DNA from: Pseudomonadota bacterium
Lineage (GTDB): Bacteria; UBA10199; 2-02-FULL-44-16; JAAZCA01
Length of the DNA stretch: 64,000 bases
Assembly: GCA_043798915.1 (NCBI GenBank)
Contig: JAZDOG010000090.1
Coordinates: 8,229-72,228 of the forward strand
Direction: 5' to 3'
Shown: one piece after another, positions 27,016 to 37,500 of the stretch
Position numbering within the stretch: the stretch's first letter is position 1
Layout of the letters: each line of letters opens with the position of its first letter
Position numbers and translations under genes: made by a program
The notes under the pieces: generated by a model
What the model was told of the DNA's origin: nothing
Databases searched by the model: none
Seen by the model: the letters and a program-made list of their open reading frames with translations, nothing else

Positions 27016-28692
27016 ATGGCGAATACTATGCGCCTTCCATATCGCTTCGGACGCTACACCCTCGTCGAGAAGATCGCCAACGGCGGGACGGCGGAGGTCT
27101 ATCGCGCGCTGCTCACCGCCGACGAGGGTTTTTCGAAGACCGTCGCGGTGAAGAGGCTCCTGCCTTCGTGGGGCGGCGACGGCGAGATCGAGCGGATGCT
27201 CATCGACGAGGCGCGCGCCCTCACGCATCTGCAGCACCAGTCTATCGCCCAGGTCTTCGAGCTCGGCCGCTCCGAGGGGATTCCGTTCCTCGCGATGGAA
27301 TTCGTGGACGGGATCGATTGCGCAAGGCTCCTCCTGGATTTGATGCGCGACGGGTCGCCGCTTCCCACCGCGCACGCGCTCTATATCATCGGCCAGGTCC
27401 TCACCGCGCTCGAGTTTGCGCACCGCACCGCGGACGCGGATGGCCGCCCGCTGTGCATCGTGCACCGCGACATCTCGCCGTCGAACATCCTCCTCTCATG
27501 GAACGGCGAGGTGAAGGTGACCGACTTCGGCATCGCCAAGGGCCTCCACCGCACGCGCGAGACGGCGGTCGGCACGCTCAAGGGGAAGTACGCCTACATG
27601 GCGCCGGAGCAGGCGAGGGGGGAGGCCGTGGACGCGCGCGCGGATCTCTTCGCATGCGGGATCGTCCTCTATGAACTCCTCTCCGCCAGGCGCCTCTTTG
27701 ACGCCTCCAGCGATCTGGAGGTGCTTGAGAAGGTGAAGTGCGCGTCGATACCTGAGGAGGTGCTCCGCGGATTTTCTCCTGAGCTCCGCACCGTCCTCAT
27801 CCTCTCGCTCGCGCCGGAGGCGGATCGAAGATATCAGAGCGCGCAGGAGATGCTCTCCGACGTGCAGCGCTTCGCCATATCCAGGGGCGAGATCGGATCG
27901 AGCCTGGATCTCGCCGCATATCTCAGGGAGCGATTTCCGATCGAGGGTCGCGCGCCGCGCGCGGAGGCTCATGCGTTGAAGGAAGAGCCGGGGACAAAGG
28001 TCATGGGCTGCATAGCGGAGAAGGTGCGGTGGCGGGGCGCGGCCCGGATCCTGCGCGCCGCTGGGACGGCGATCTTCCTGTCCGCCTCGGTGCTCCTGCA
28101 GCCGGCGCCTCTCTCGTCGCATGGCCAGGAGGTTGCCGCGGCTGCACCGGAGCCGGCGCCGATTCTGGCTGCGCCCGTCCCGCAAGCCCGTGTGAGACCC
28201 TCTGCCCCGCCCGGTCTCCATGGCGGGGTGGTCGCCATCGATAGCGAACCTGCCGGCGCATCGGGGACTCTCTCGCTCGGCGGAGAAAAAAGACAGGTCA
28301 CCGCGCCTTTCTCGGTGGATGGCATAGATATCGGCGACGGCGTCGACGGCCGCATAGAGCTCGGCGCGCCCGGATTCGAGGCGCACTCACAGGCGTTTCA
28401 TCTGACGCCTTCGCTGCCGGCCTTCGTGTCGCGCATCGCCCTCAAAAAACAGGCGCAGCAGGCCTCGATCTCCATAAACGCGAGGCCGTGGGGGCTCGTC
28501 GATGTGCCGGGCTATGCATCGGGCAGGGAGTCGCCCGTGAACAGCTTAAAGCTCAAGGCGGGATCATACCTTATAAGAGTGCGCCATCCGCCGTCGGGCC
28601 AGACGGCGAGCGGCCGCATCGTCGTAGCGGATGGCGAGGCAAAGCGCTGCATAGCCTCCTTCGGCCCGCGCCCTGAGCTCCGTTGCAGGTGA
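27016..28692 (+). CDS. Hanks-type Ser/Thr protein kinase with TM segment and PEGA-like C-terminus
   Basis: VAVKRL, HRDISPSN, VTDFGIAK, YMAPEQ, DLFACG; INARPWG..V PEGA-like motif. Confidence 0.93.
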   Translation: MANTMRLPYRFGRYTLVEKIANGGTAEVYRALLTADEGFSKTVAVKRLLPSWGGDGEIERMLIDEARALTHLQHQSIAQVFELGRSEGIPFLAMEFVDGIDCARLLLDLMRDGSPLPTAHALYIIGQVLTALEFAHRTADADGRPLCIVHRDISPSNILLSWNGEVKVTDFGIAKGLHRTRETAVGTLKGKYAYMAPEQARGEAVDARADLFACGIVLYELLSARRLFDASSDLEVLEKVKCASIPEEVLRGFSPELRTVLILSLAPEADRRYQSAQEMLSDVQRFAISRGEIGSSLDLAAYLRERFPIEGRAPRAEAHALKEEPGTKVMGCIAEKVRWRGAARILRAAGTAIFLSASVLLQPAPLSSHGQEVAAAAPEPAPILAAPVPQARVRPSAPPGLHGGVVAIDSEPAGASGTLSLGGEKRQVTAPFSVDGIDIGDGVDGRIELGAPGFEAHSQAFHLTPSLPAFVSRIALKKQAQQASISINARPWGLVDVPGYASGRESPVNSLKLKAGSYLIRVRHPPSGQTASGRIVVADGEAKRCIASFGPRPELRCR

Positions 28693-28709
28693 GTCCCCGT
28701 GCAGAGTTT

Positions 28710-28874
28710 TGGAAAAGTGGCTATTGGGGATGCATCGCTCGCTTCGGCTCGCCGCCTCAGACGCCGGCGGCTCGCCTGCGCCTCACTCGCCGAGCTTTTA
28801 AGGCTGCTGATTTCGGCTCGTTCAGACGCCGCTCGCGCTGCATCCCCAGCGCCACTTTTCCACTATTTGAATCT
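28710..28874. repeat. Inverted-repeat element, family D (long copy)
   Basis: tggaaaagtggc..ggggatgca ... tgcatcccc..gccacttttcca termini; related copy at 31327-31405. Confidence 0.75.
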
Positions 28875-28951
28875 GATAGGGCCATCCCCTGTGCAATGGG
28901 ATTCTGTTCTCGCTGAAACGACTGTGTCCCAAGATTGCCTCAAACAAATAA

Positions 28952-28979
28952 TTGACTTAGTGTCTTATTAATGAGACGC
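28952..28979 (+). promoter_or_regulatory. Promoter with near-palindromic operator
   Basis: TTGACT followed by gtcttattaatgagac upstream of the XRE gene. Confidence 0.5.
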
Positions 28980-29027
28980 TATTAAATAGTGCAGCGCAGA
29001 AATCCTTGAGTTTCCCTAAAAGATTAT

Positions 29028-29312
29028 ATGAAAAATAAGACATCAGGTTTTGAACTTGCCAGGCAGTTCGGAATATCCCCGGGCCGGGGAATGGAGGCCG
29101 TCATCAAGGCTCAACTGATCTCCGCCATTCTCAAGGCGGTGAAAAAACACAAACTCACCCACTTGGAGCTGGCCCGGCGTTCCGGTTTGTCGCGGAGCGC
29201 CGTGACCGGCATCCTTTCCGGAAGCCTTCAAAAGGTCACGATTGACCGGGTGCTTCGGTTGGCCGAGGCCGCAAACCTCGAAGCGGAGGTGAGGGTGAAA
29301 GATGCCGCATAA
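29028..29312 (+). CDS. XRE/HigA-like antitoxin, orphan
   Basis: LTHLELARRSGLSRSAVTGILSGSLQKVTIDRVL HTH; no intact toxin gene upstream. Confidence 0.82.
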   Translation: MKNKTSGFELARQFGISPGRGMEAVIKAQLISAILKAVKKHKLTHLELARRSGLSRSAVTGILSGSLQKVTIDRVLRLAEAANLEAEVRVKDAA

Positions 29313-29328
29313 CGCAGTGATGGCTGAC

Positions 29329-30480
29329 ATGTTTCGCACAAAACTCGCAGCAGCCACTCTTGTCATATCGTCAATGCTATTTCTGCTGTTTTTCGTTCTA
29401 TCAGCCAATGCTGCATCTGACGTCGAAGATGAATTTGTCAGGTTAACAACAGAACAGATCACATTGATTTGGGAACATACCTGCATGAAGCACATGGAAA
29501 AAGGAGAATGGCATCAAGCGCGCCAAAACAAGAAAGCCATCGATTGGCAGCGAGCAAATAAGAAGGGGATCGATATCAGTGGAAAGGATATGCCTGCCGA
29601 GCTGCAATACTTCGAGGAAGCTCGCATAGCAAAGGCTAAGGCGGGGGAGAAATGGGGCTGCAATCCCCCAGAGGCGAAATTGGAGCTTAGGCTTCTCAAG
29701 ATAGGGCGGGATCCGCAAATAGAATCTCCGATCACAACCGGTTTTGTTTCCAGCGATGCCGACGCAGTTGAGGTACGTGCAGCGGCGGAAATTGTTTCCG
29801 ATTGCGATTCTCCACGCCTTATATGGTTTTTTTCGATTCCGAAATATGGCGCAAATAAATCGTACAGCGATGAGAAAACGATCAGCCACCGGCAATCGAT
29901 TCCACCTGCGCCGGGTGGCGATAGAGGCAAGGATTTTAATGTCGAGGTTAAAGCGGAACTGTCCTGTAAAGGAATTTTGGCTGACAATCTGAATTGTGCC
30001 GTTGGACAGGATGAGAAGGATCAATTGCGTCAGGAATATATCGACATGAAAAAGGCAATGACGCCGGCGCGAGAGGATCTTACATCCGTCGGCAATTCAA
30101 AGCATTTCAGTTTTGATGATTTTAACCGCAGCATGAACGCTTCCGGAGAAAAGTATCCATACATCCTTTGCAGGATATTGGACAGGTTGGAAGCGGTCAA
30201 GGTGAGAGCTGGAGCTGCCCCGATGGCGATAAACAGCGGGTTCAGGAATCCATATAAAAATGGAAAGACGCCGGGCTCGGGGCGCGAAAGTATGCATATT
30301 TACGGACTTGCAGCGGATATCGCTCTGGATGATTTTAATGAGGATGGCAAGAGAGATGAAGATGACTGGAAGCTTATGGCCAGGGCTGCGAGGGCGGAAG
30401 GCGCCTGCGTTGAGCCGATAGCAATGGCGCCGTCATGGGTTCATATGGACTGGCGAGGGACTTGCCCCAATGGTTGGTAA
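29329..30480 (+). CDS. Secreted peptidase M15A-family zinc peptidoglycan hydrolase
   Basis: Signal peptide; INSGFR, SMHIYGLAADI (SxH...D) and WVHMDWR motifs. Confidence 0.85.
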   Translation: MFRTKLAAATLVISSMLFLLFFVLSANAASDVEDEFVRLTTEQITLIWEHTCMKHMEKGEWHQARQNKKAIDWQRANKKGIDISGKDMPAELQYFEEARIAKAKAGEKWGCNPPEAKLELRLLKIGRDPQIESPITTGFVSSDADAVEVRAAAEIVSDCDSPRLIWFFSIPKYGANKSYSDEKTISHRQSIPPAPGGDRGKDFNVEVKAELSCKGILADNLNCAVGQDEKDQLRQEYIDMKKAMTPAREDLTSVGNSKHFSFDDFNRSMNASGEKYPYILCRILDRLEAVKVRAGAAPMAINSGFRNPYKNGKTPGSGRESMHIYGLAADIALDDFNEDGKRDEDDWKLMARAARAEGACVEPIAMAPSWVHMDWRGTCPNGW

Positions 30481-30492
30481 ATGGAGAGGCAA

Positions 30493-31299
30493 ATGAAAAA
30501 GAAATCTCTGCTCTTCTTTCTATCTCTTTTGCTTGTTTTAACGGCCACCGGATGTAAAGCCTCGGTTAACAAAGCAAAAGAGAGAGATGCCGGCAGACAA
30601 TTGCTTTCTGAAGATTGGAAAGTACGCGAAAGCGGAATACATATTCTAGCAAACATCGAGGACAATAATTACAAAATAAATAAGGATACGCAGGATGTCC
30701 TGATAAATCTCATAAAAAACGAGACTCAAACGTTTAATAATTTTCAGGGTGAACTGAGATCGACTGGAAAATCAGATAATCAGATTTACCATGAAACATA
30801 TAACAGATTTCCTCCGCAGACATACGGAGATTATATTAAAGCCCTTGTTTATTTCACCGCATCAAAAAATATCGGGGAAAGCCTGCCGGCAATATTTCAG
30901 CTTATCGCAGACACGGATTATAATATAACCCCTGCAATTCTTACTATGTATGGAAAAACGCACCTGGATTTTTTTATCGAAAAGGCATCGGTTGGAGCAA
31001 TTAAGGAACGGAAAATTGCGATGAGCGCCTTGGGCGTTTTGGCTGATCCATCAATTGAATCAGATGATTTTGATATGAGTCTGACTCCGCAACTCAGCGG
31101 GCTGGAAAAGGAAAAAATAAGGTTGGTCCTCATGAAAGCCGCAAAAGATGCTGATGCAAATATCAGATCATTGTCTTTATTTGGCCTCAGGGCATTTATG
31201 GCAGAACCCGATGTAAGAAAACTAATAAGCGAAATTGCAATTTCTGATAAAGATGAGGGCGTTCGAGATGACGCCCGGAGATTGTTGAATCGGAATTGA
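30493..31299 (+). CDS. HEAT-repeat lipoprotein, candidate immunity protein
   Basis: MKKK...LTATGC lipobox; DADANIRSLSL and DKDEGVRDDARRLL HEAT motifs; AT-rich. Confidence 0.75.
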   Translation: MKKKSLLFFLSLLLVLTATGCKASVNKAKERDAGRQLLSEDWKVRESGIHILANIEDNNYKINKDTQDVLINLIKNETQTFNNFQGELRSTGKSDNQIYHETYNRFPPQTYGDYIKALVYFTASKNIGESLPAIFQLIADTDYNITPAILTMYGKTHLDFFIEKASVGAIKERKIAMSALGVLADPSIESDDFDMSLTPQLSGLEKEKIRLVLMKAAKDADANIRSLSLFGLRAFMAEPDVRKLISEIAISDKDEGVRDDARRLLNRN

Positions 31300-31326
31300 G
31301 AATTCGGCAATTCTGGGGAGACATTT

Positions 31327-31405
31327 AGGGTTAAATGGTGGAAAAGTGGCGCTAGGGATGCATTGCGAACGGCGTCTGCGACCTTCCGAAAAAGCCACTT
31401 TTCCA
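31327..31405. repeat. Inverted-repeat element, family D (short copy, opposite orientation)
   Basis: tggaaaagtggc...gccacttttcca; 31327-31378 is an imperfect reverse complement of 28823-28874. Confidence 0.75.
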
Positions 31406-31517
31406 ATTTTACGCAGCTGCATCCTTTTGCTGCAGTCTGCACAGAAATGCAGCACCCCCATCAGACATTTCACCACGTTGGTTCTTTTGATTTCAACAAG
31501 ATAGGCGCGCGCAGCCG

Positions 31518-31534
31518 TTGGCATGCTTTGTGCT
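31518..31534 (+). promoter_or_regulatory. Sigma54 -24/-12 promoter
   Basis: TTGGCATGCTTTGTGCT with GG-N10-GC; palindrome tgctgca-N13-tgcagca at 31428-31454 is a possible enhancer. Confidence 0.6.
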
Positions 31535-31546
31535 TAGGCATGAAGC

Positions 31547-34500
31547 ATGAAAATAAAATGGCTGGCTGTGGCTGCTCTGATTTCCTTAAACATAATTTCT
31601 GCCGACACGTTCGCGTCCGATGGCGCCGGCGCGGCGCTCTCGCAGGCCTTCCAGATGGACGGCGTTGCTGGTTTTGTGGGGGGGCGCGCGCAGGAGGCGA
31701 TCAAAACAGCTATCACACAGCATGGCGCGGACTGGCTCTGCGGCGCCTTCGCAAAGGCGTCAAACGCGCTCCGCCGCGGCGGGGCGCTCAATTCCCTCCA
31801 ACAGGATCCGGAACTCAAGGCGGCGGTGCAGGCGGAGCTCAAAAATAAAATCAAGGAGTGGCTGCCGGGCGCGGTGAAGGATCTCGTCGTCGGCGACATC
31901 TTTGGCGGCGCAATAGGCAAGGAACATCTGGCTGAGGTGGATGCCATCTCTGGCCGCGTGATGAAGGAGATCGACACGAGCCTGAACGACAAGATCGACG
32001 AGGTGGCGGGCGGCATGTACGACAGGGCGGTCGGCGAACTCCAGAGGCTCTCGGCGGTCGGCAGCGTGCCCGCGTGGGTCGACGCCACGGATATCAAGAA
32101 GACGATCAGCCGCGCCTTTGACACCGGAACCATAGCCGGTGCGGTTGCCGGGCAGCTGGGGCAGGTTGTCGGCGATGCGACTGTCTCCGGCATCCGCGGG
32201 AGGATCTCTGACGCCCTGAGCGGTCAGCTCCCGCCGGAGGCGATCGCGGCGCTGGAAAAGGGGCCGGCAGAGTTCGACAAATATATTTCGAAGGCTGAAG
32301 GCTTTCTGCCCGGCAACAAACTCAAGGACCTCACGGATTCCATCCTCAACAAGCCGCTGATAAGACTTCCCACTCCGGCATATGCGGCGATCCTCGGCGC
32401 CACGGCCGCTGGCCATTTTGCCAAGGCCTACAAGGGCACCGTCGTCGATCCCTATGAGCTCAAGCGCGGCATCGAGGTGACGAACGTGATGGTCTGGCAG
32501 CTCGAGAACAAACAGTACATCGCGCTCACGTTGATGCAGCTCGGGAGCCTCGAGGGCGGGCTCGCGGCGAGCCTTGGGTTGGGGGCCTCGTTCGACGGCA
32601 TTATGTCGAAGATCCGCGCGCCGCTCGAGAGGATCAAGAAGCTGGCCGACAATATCGACAAGCTGGTCATGAAGCCGGCCAAAGAAATATCCGCAGAGCT
32701 CAGGGGCGCTACCGATGAGATGAAGGCGGAGCTCGCGAAGCTCCAGGATGAGATCATGGGGCCGGTGAAGGAGAACCTGGCGAAGATCAAAGAGGGCCTG
32801 GGCGAGGCGGCCGATACGATCTCCGGCGCGATCCCCGATGAATTGAACGGCATTCCCGAATCGTTGGAGGAGTTAAAGCAGAGGGCAAGCGTCGATGGCG
32901 GGCTGCTCGGCAAGGCTGGCGACTGGAAGCCGGGCGACGCGCTTGAGGAGATCGCGAAGAGGGCGGGCCTGGGCGGTGCGGCGAAGAAGGTGAAAAAGGA
33001 CCTCTCGGACTTAAACGATGCGGTCGCGGACAAGCTTTCGAAGGGGGCCTCCGGCGTGCTCGACGCGCTTCACATCACAGGCCCGGCCGCAAAAATTATG
33101 GATACGGAGAAGATCCCGGCGAAGGATGTGTCGGAATCGAAAGAGCTCGATCCGGTGTTGCTACACAATGGGGAGTTTACGCAAGAGGTGACCGACCTCG
33201 TGATACCGGGGCGCGGGATCGATTTCCGCTTCACGCGCATCTATCGGAGCCGCTCGAAGTTCCTCGGGGAGTTCGGCTTCAACTGGACGCACTCGTATGC
33301 CGAGAGGCTCCTTCCGTGGAACGACGGCACCGCAGACGGGTTCACGCACATAGATGCGCAGGGGCGCAAGTTCTTCTTCCGTTCAGAAGGCGATGGCTTC
33401 ATCTTGCCGCCGGGCATGGATGCGCGCCTCGTGCGCGCCGAGTCGGGAGGGTATGAGTTGCAATCGCGCGACGGATCGGTCGCTGTCTTCGACGATCAGG
33501 GCAGGCTTGCCGAAAGGCGCGATCGCAACGGCAACTCCGTTAAACTCCTCTATAATGATACAGGGCTCGTCTCTTCGATCGTTGATTCATACGGCCGGGG
33601 CGTGAAGATAGAGAGGAGAAAAGACGGCCTCGTGAGCCGGATGACAGACTTCGCGGGCCGGACCTTCTCCTACGAATATAACGATGCCCGGGAACTCATC
33701 GGCGTCACGGCGCCGGCCACCCCGGATTTTCCCAAGGGCAAGACCACGGCATACCGGTACGCGCGCGTCGCTCTAGAGGCCCCCGATGCGCACGCACTTA
33801 CGATGATCATGGACCCGAATGGCCGCGTCTATCTGAGAAATCGATACGATGAGGAGGGGCGCGTCGTCGGCCAGAGCTACGGCGAAGGGCCTTGGATGGG
33901 AGTCGTCTATGCTGCCGGTTCAGGCAATGTGGCCTCTCGCGCGTGGGTGACTGATGCCAGGGGGATCATGCGCCTCTATGAGCACGACGCGGATGGGCAC
34001 CTCCTGCGCCTGTGGCGCTATGGAGGCGCTGAATACCGCCTTCTGTCGTCGCACGCATATAATGATAGAGGTGAGAAGGTCGCCACGTGCACGCCCTCCG
34101 GGCGCTGCACGCACTTCGCATATGGCGAGGGCCCGTCCCGCGGCGATGTCGTCCGCGTGGAGGAGCATCCGTCGGGGGGCGGCGCTGCGCGCGTGATGAG
34201 GATCGAGCGGGAGGCGCGATACGGCCTGCCATCGTCGGTGATCGATCCAGCCGGCGGGGAGAGCAGGTTCGAATACGACGAGCGCGGCAATATAGCGTCG
34301 GTTGCGCGCTGCGCGAAAGAGGGCGAGGGCTGCGCCGTCCATTCGAGGTTTCAGTACAACGGCTGCGGTCAGATCGCGAGCAAAACGGACGGCCGCGGCG
34401 TTGCAACGCACTATGAATACTTCCAATCATCTGATCCAGACGGCGACGGCGTGCCGGTCAAGGGGGCCCCCGCCGCAGGTTCTGCGTGCGGTTATCCCAA

Positions 34501-37500
34501 ACGCATCGTCGTCGATGCGGAGGGAGGGCCGGACAGGCATGCGGTCGGCGCGCCTCTGGCCAGGGCGACGTCTTTCTCCTACGACCCGATAGGCAATATC
34601 ACCTCCGTCACTGGGCCGGACGGCGCGGCCTCGCGCTATCGCGTGAACGCCCTGAACCAGATCGCCCGCGAGGAGATCCCCGGCTTTGCGCCGCGTGAAT
34701 ATGGCTTCGATGCCAACGACAATATGGTGAAGGTGAAGATCCTGATGGATAAGAGGACCGTCGTCCATGAGTTTGCGTACGACGTCCTCGACAGGCCGGC
34801 TTCTGAGAAGTGGCAGGTATCAAAGGGGAGGTCGATCGAGACGCGATATGTCTACGACGCGGCCGGCCTCCTTGTGAAGGTTGCGCATCCCGAGGGAGGC
34901 GAGGAGGCCTACGAATACGATGATGATGGGAGGGTCCTCTGCGTTGTGCGCGGCGCAAACTCGCTCGAGCAGGCGCGCGAGTGCGTCGAACGGAATGTCG
35001 ATGGCGATGTCGTGGCGCGGATCGACGGCGAGGGCGCCAGAACGACCCTCGAACTCAACGGCTTTGGCGAGGTGGCAGCTGAGATCGATCCGCTCGGTAA
35101 CAGGGTTGAGTACGAGCGCGATACCGCAGGCAAGATCGTAGGCGAACGCCGGATGGATCCGGCTAAAAAAATCCTGGCCGAGTCGCGGTTTGAATACGAC
35201 GCGAGCGGCAATGTCATCAAATATGGCGGTAAGCTGTGGCGTGACGATCCGGGGAATGCGGTCTGGGTGGACGAACTTAGCAAGTACGATCCGGCGGGGA
35301 ATCTGGCCGCAGTGATCGACAGGTCCGGAGAACAGACGATGATCGACCGCGACGGCCTCGGCGAAATAGTCTCGGTGAGGCGGCCCTCGGGCAGATTGAG
35401 GAACTTCGTGCGTGACGCGGCGGGCCGCGTGGCGGAATCGTACATTCGGTCCGGCGACAGCAGGCTGGATGAGAAGAGGTTTTCGTACGACGCGGCCGGG
35501 CGGGTTGCCGGCGTGAACGCAGGCCGTGACGAGAACTGGGTCTACCGCTATGACGGGATGGGGAACCTCGCATCGATCGTTGATCCATACGGCGTCGAGG
35601 CCGCATATGAGCTGGACGACCTCGGCAGACCTCTCGCGCTGGTCCGTGACTCAAAAGGTTTGAGGGCGACAACGCGGTACGAATGGGATGGCGACGGCAG
35701 ACTTGTATCCCTGACAGATCCCAACGGAGGCGCCACGCGGTTTTCATACAACGCCCAGGGCAGTCTCGTGGCGGAGCGCTATGCCGACGGGACCGAGCGC
35801 CGCACTGCCTACGACCGAGCCGGACGCGTTGTGGCCGTGGTCGACAGGAACGGCACCGTCCTCGACATCGAGCATGACGCCGCCGGCAGGTTGCTGTCGC
35901 GCCGCGCCTCGTCGCTGACGGGCGTCATCGGGACGCACGGGCAGAGCTTTGAATACGACGGTTTGGGAAGGATCGTCGCGGCCGTCGACTTCAACGATGC
36001 CGATGACCCCGGCGATGACGTCGTCTCGCGCTTCGTCTACGATTCGCTCTCCCGCCCCGTCGCCGAGGCGCAGAACGACAGATGGATCCTGCGCGAGTTC
36101 AACGGGGCTGGACTGGCGGTGGCAACGGCGCTGCCCTCCGGCAGGAGGCTTTATCTGGCGCGAAATCCGGAAGGAAAAGTGGGTGCCGTGATGGACGGCG
36201 GCAGGGGCATAGCTTCTTTTGAATATGACGGCGCGGGAAATCTCGCTGGGGGCAGGTTTGGCGGCGGGATCCGCTTCATCGCCGAGCGCGACGCGCGGGG
36301 GTATCCGACCGAACTCAAGTACGAGAGCCCGGCAGGCAAGTGGCTCGCCGGCTCGAAGATCGAGTACGACGGAAAGGGGCGCGTCGCCGGCGAATCGACG
36401 TATGCCGGCATAACGAGACGTTATTCTCGCGATTCGCTGGCCAGGCTTACAGAGGTGAAGGAGAGCGACAGCTACTACTACGAGGGCGAAGGCGCTCCGC
36501 GCCGCAGGTCGTGGCGGTACGACTACGATGCCGCGGGCAATCTCAAGACTGCGCAGGAGGGGAGATATCTCCTCGAGTTCACCGCGAATCAGCTCAATGA
36601 ATATACGGGCCTCGTCCACAGGTTCATGTCGAAGGATGGATCGCATGTGACCCGGGACGAAAAGGACCCGGCGGACAGCTTTGCCTACGACGCTGCGGGA
36701 AATCTCGCGACGGACAGCACGCGCCAGCTGGGGCCTCGCGAGTATCGGTACGACGCCTTCGGCCGCCTTTCCGCGATCTGGCGCGGTGCGGCCTTCCGCG
36801 CCACAAAGACGGGATACAAATATGATGCTTTCGACCGGCTCATCGCGAAGGAGGTCCAGGGCGAGAGAGATGATTTCATCTGGGACGGGTGGCGTCTCGC
36901 CGAGGAGCGCCGTGGCGGAAAGCTCTTTGCCGACTACGTCCATGTCGACGGGATGGAGGCCCCCGTCGCGGCCATCGGGGATGGCTGGGAGAAATTTCTG
37001 TTCGCTGACCGCATAGGCTCCGTGGTCGCCGTGGCCGACGGGGAGGGGAGTCTCGCTGCGCGCTGCGACTACAGCCCTGCGGGCCGGCCGATCTCCGTGA
37101 TGCTCTCCGGAAGGCCCGGCGCTGCGGCAGATGAGGAGTTTGCGGATTGCGCCGAAAATTCGATACCGTTCGGCTTTGCCGGCCACCCCTACGACTACGG
37201 CCATGAGCTCTCCTACATGAGGCACCGGTTCTACAGCGCGAAGCTCGAGCGCTTCATCTCGCCGGATCCCCTTGGATACAAGGTGCCGCTTGATGCCGAT
37301 GCAAGCGCTTCCATTGCGCCTGCTCTCTCGTATCATCGGGGGCAGGGCGCTGCGTCGCGCGCGACAATTCCAAATCGATCGCTGTCGATGGCGTCGGCTG
37401 GTTACGATGCCTATCCCTTCGGCCGGATATTTGCCCGGTCGCGGGCGCCGTTCGAAGGCGGCGAGACGAATCTCTACCAGTACGGCAGCTCCGATCCGAC

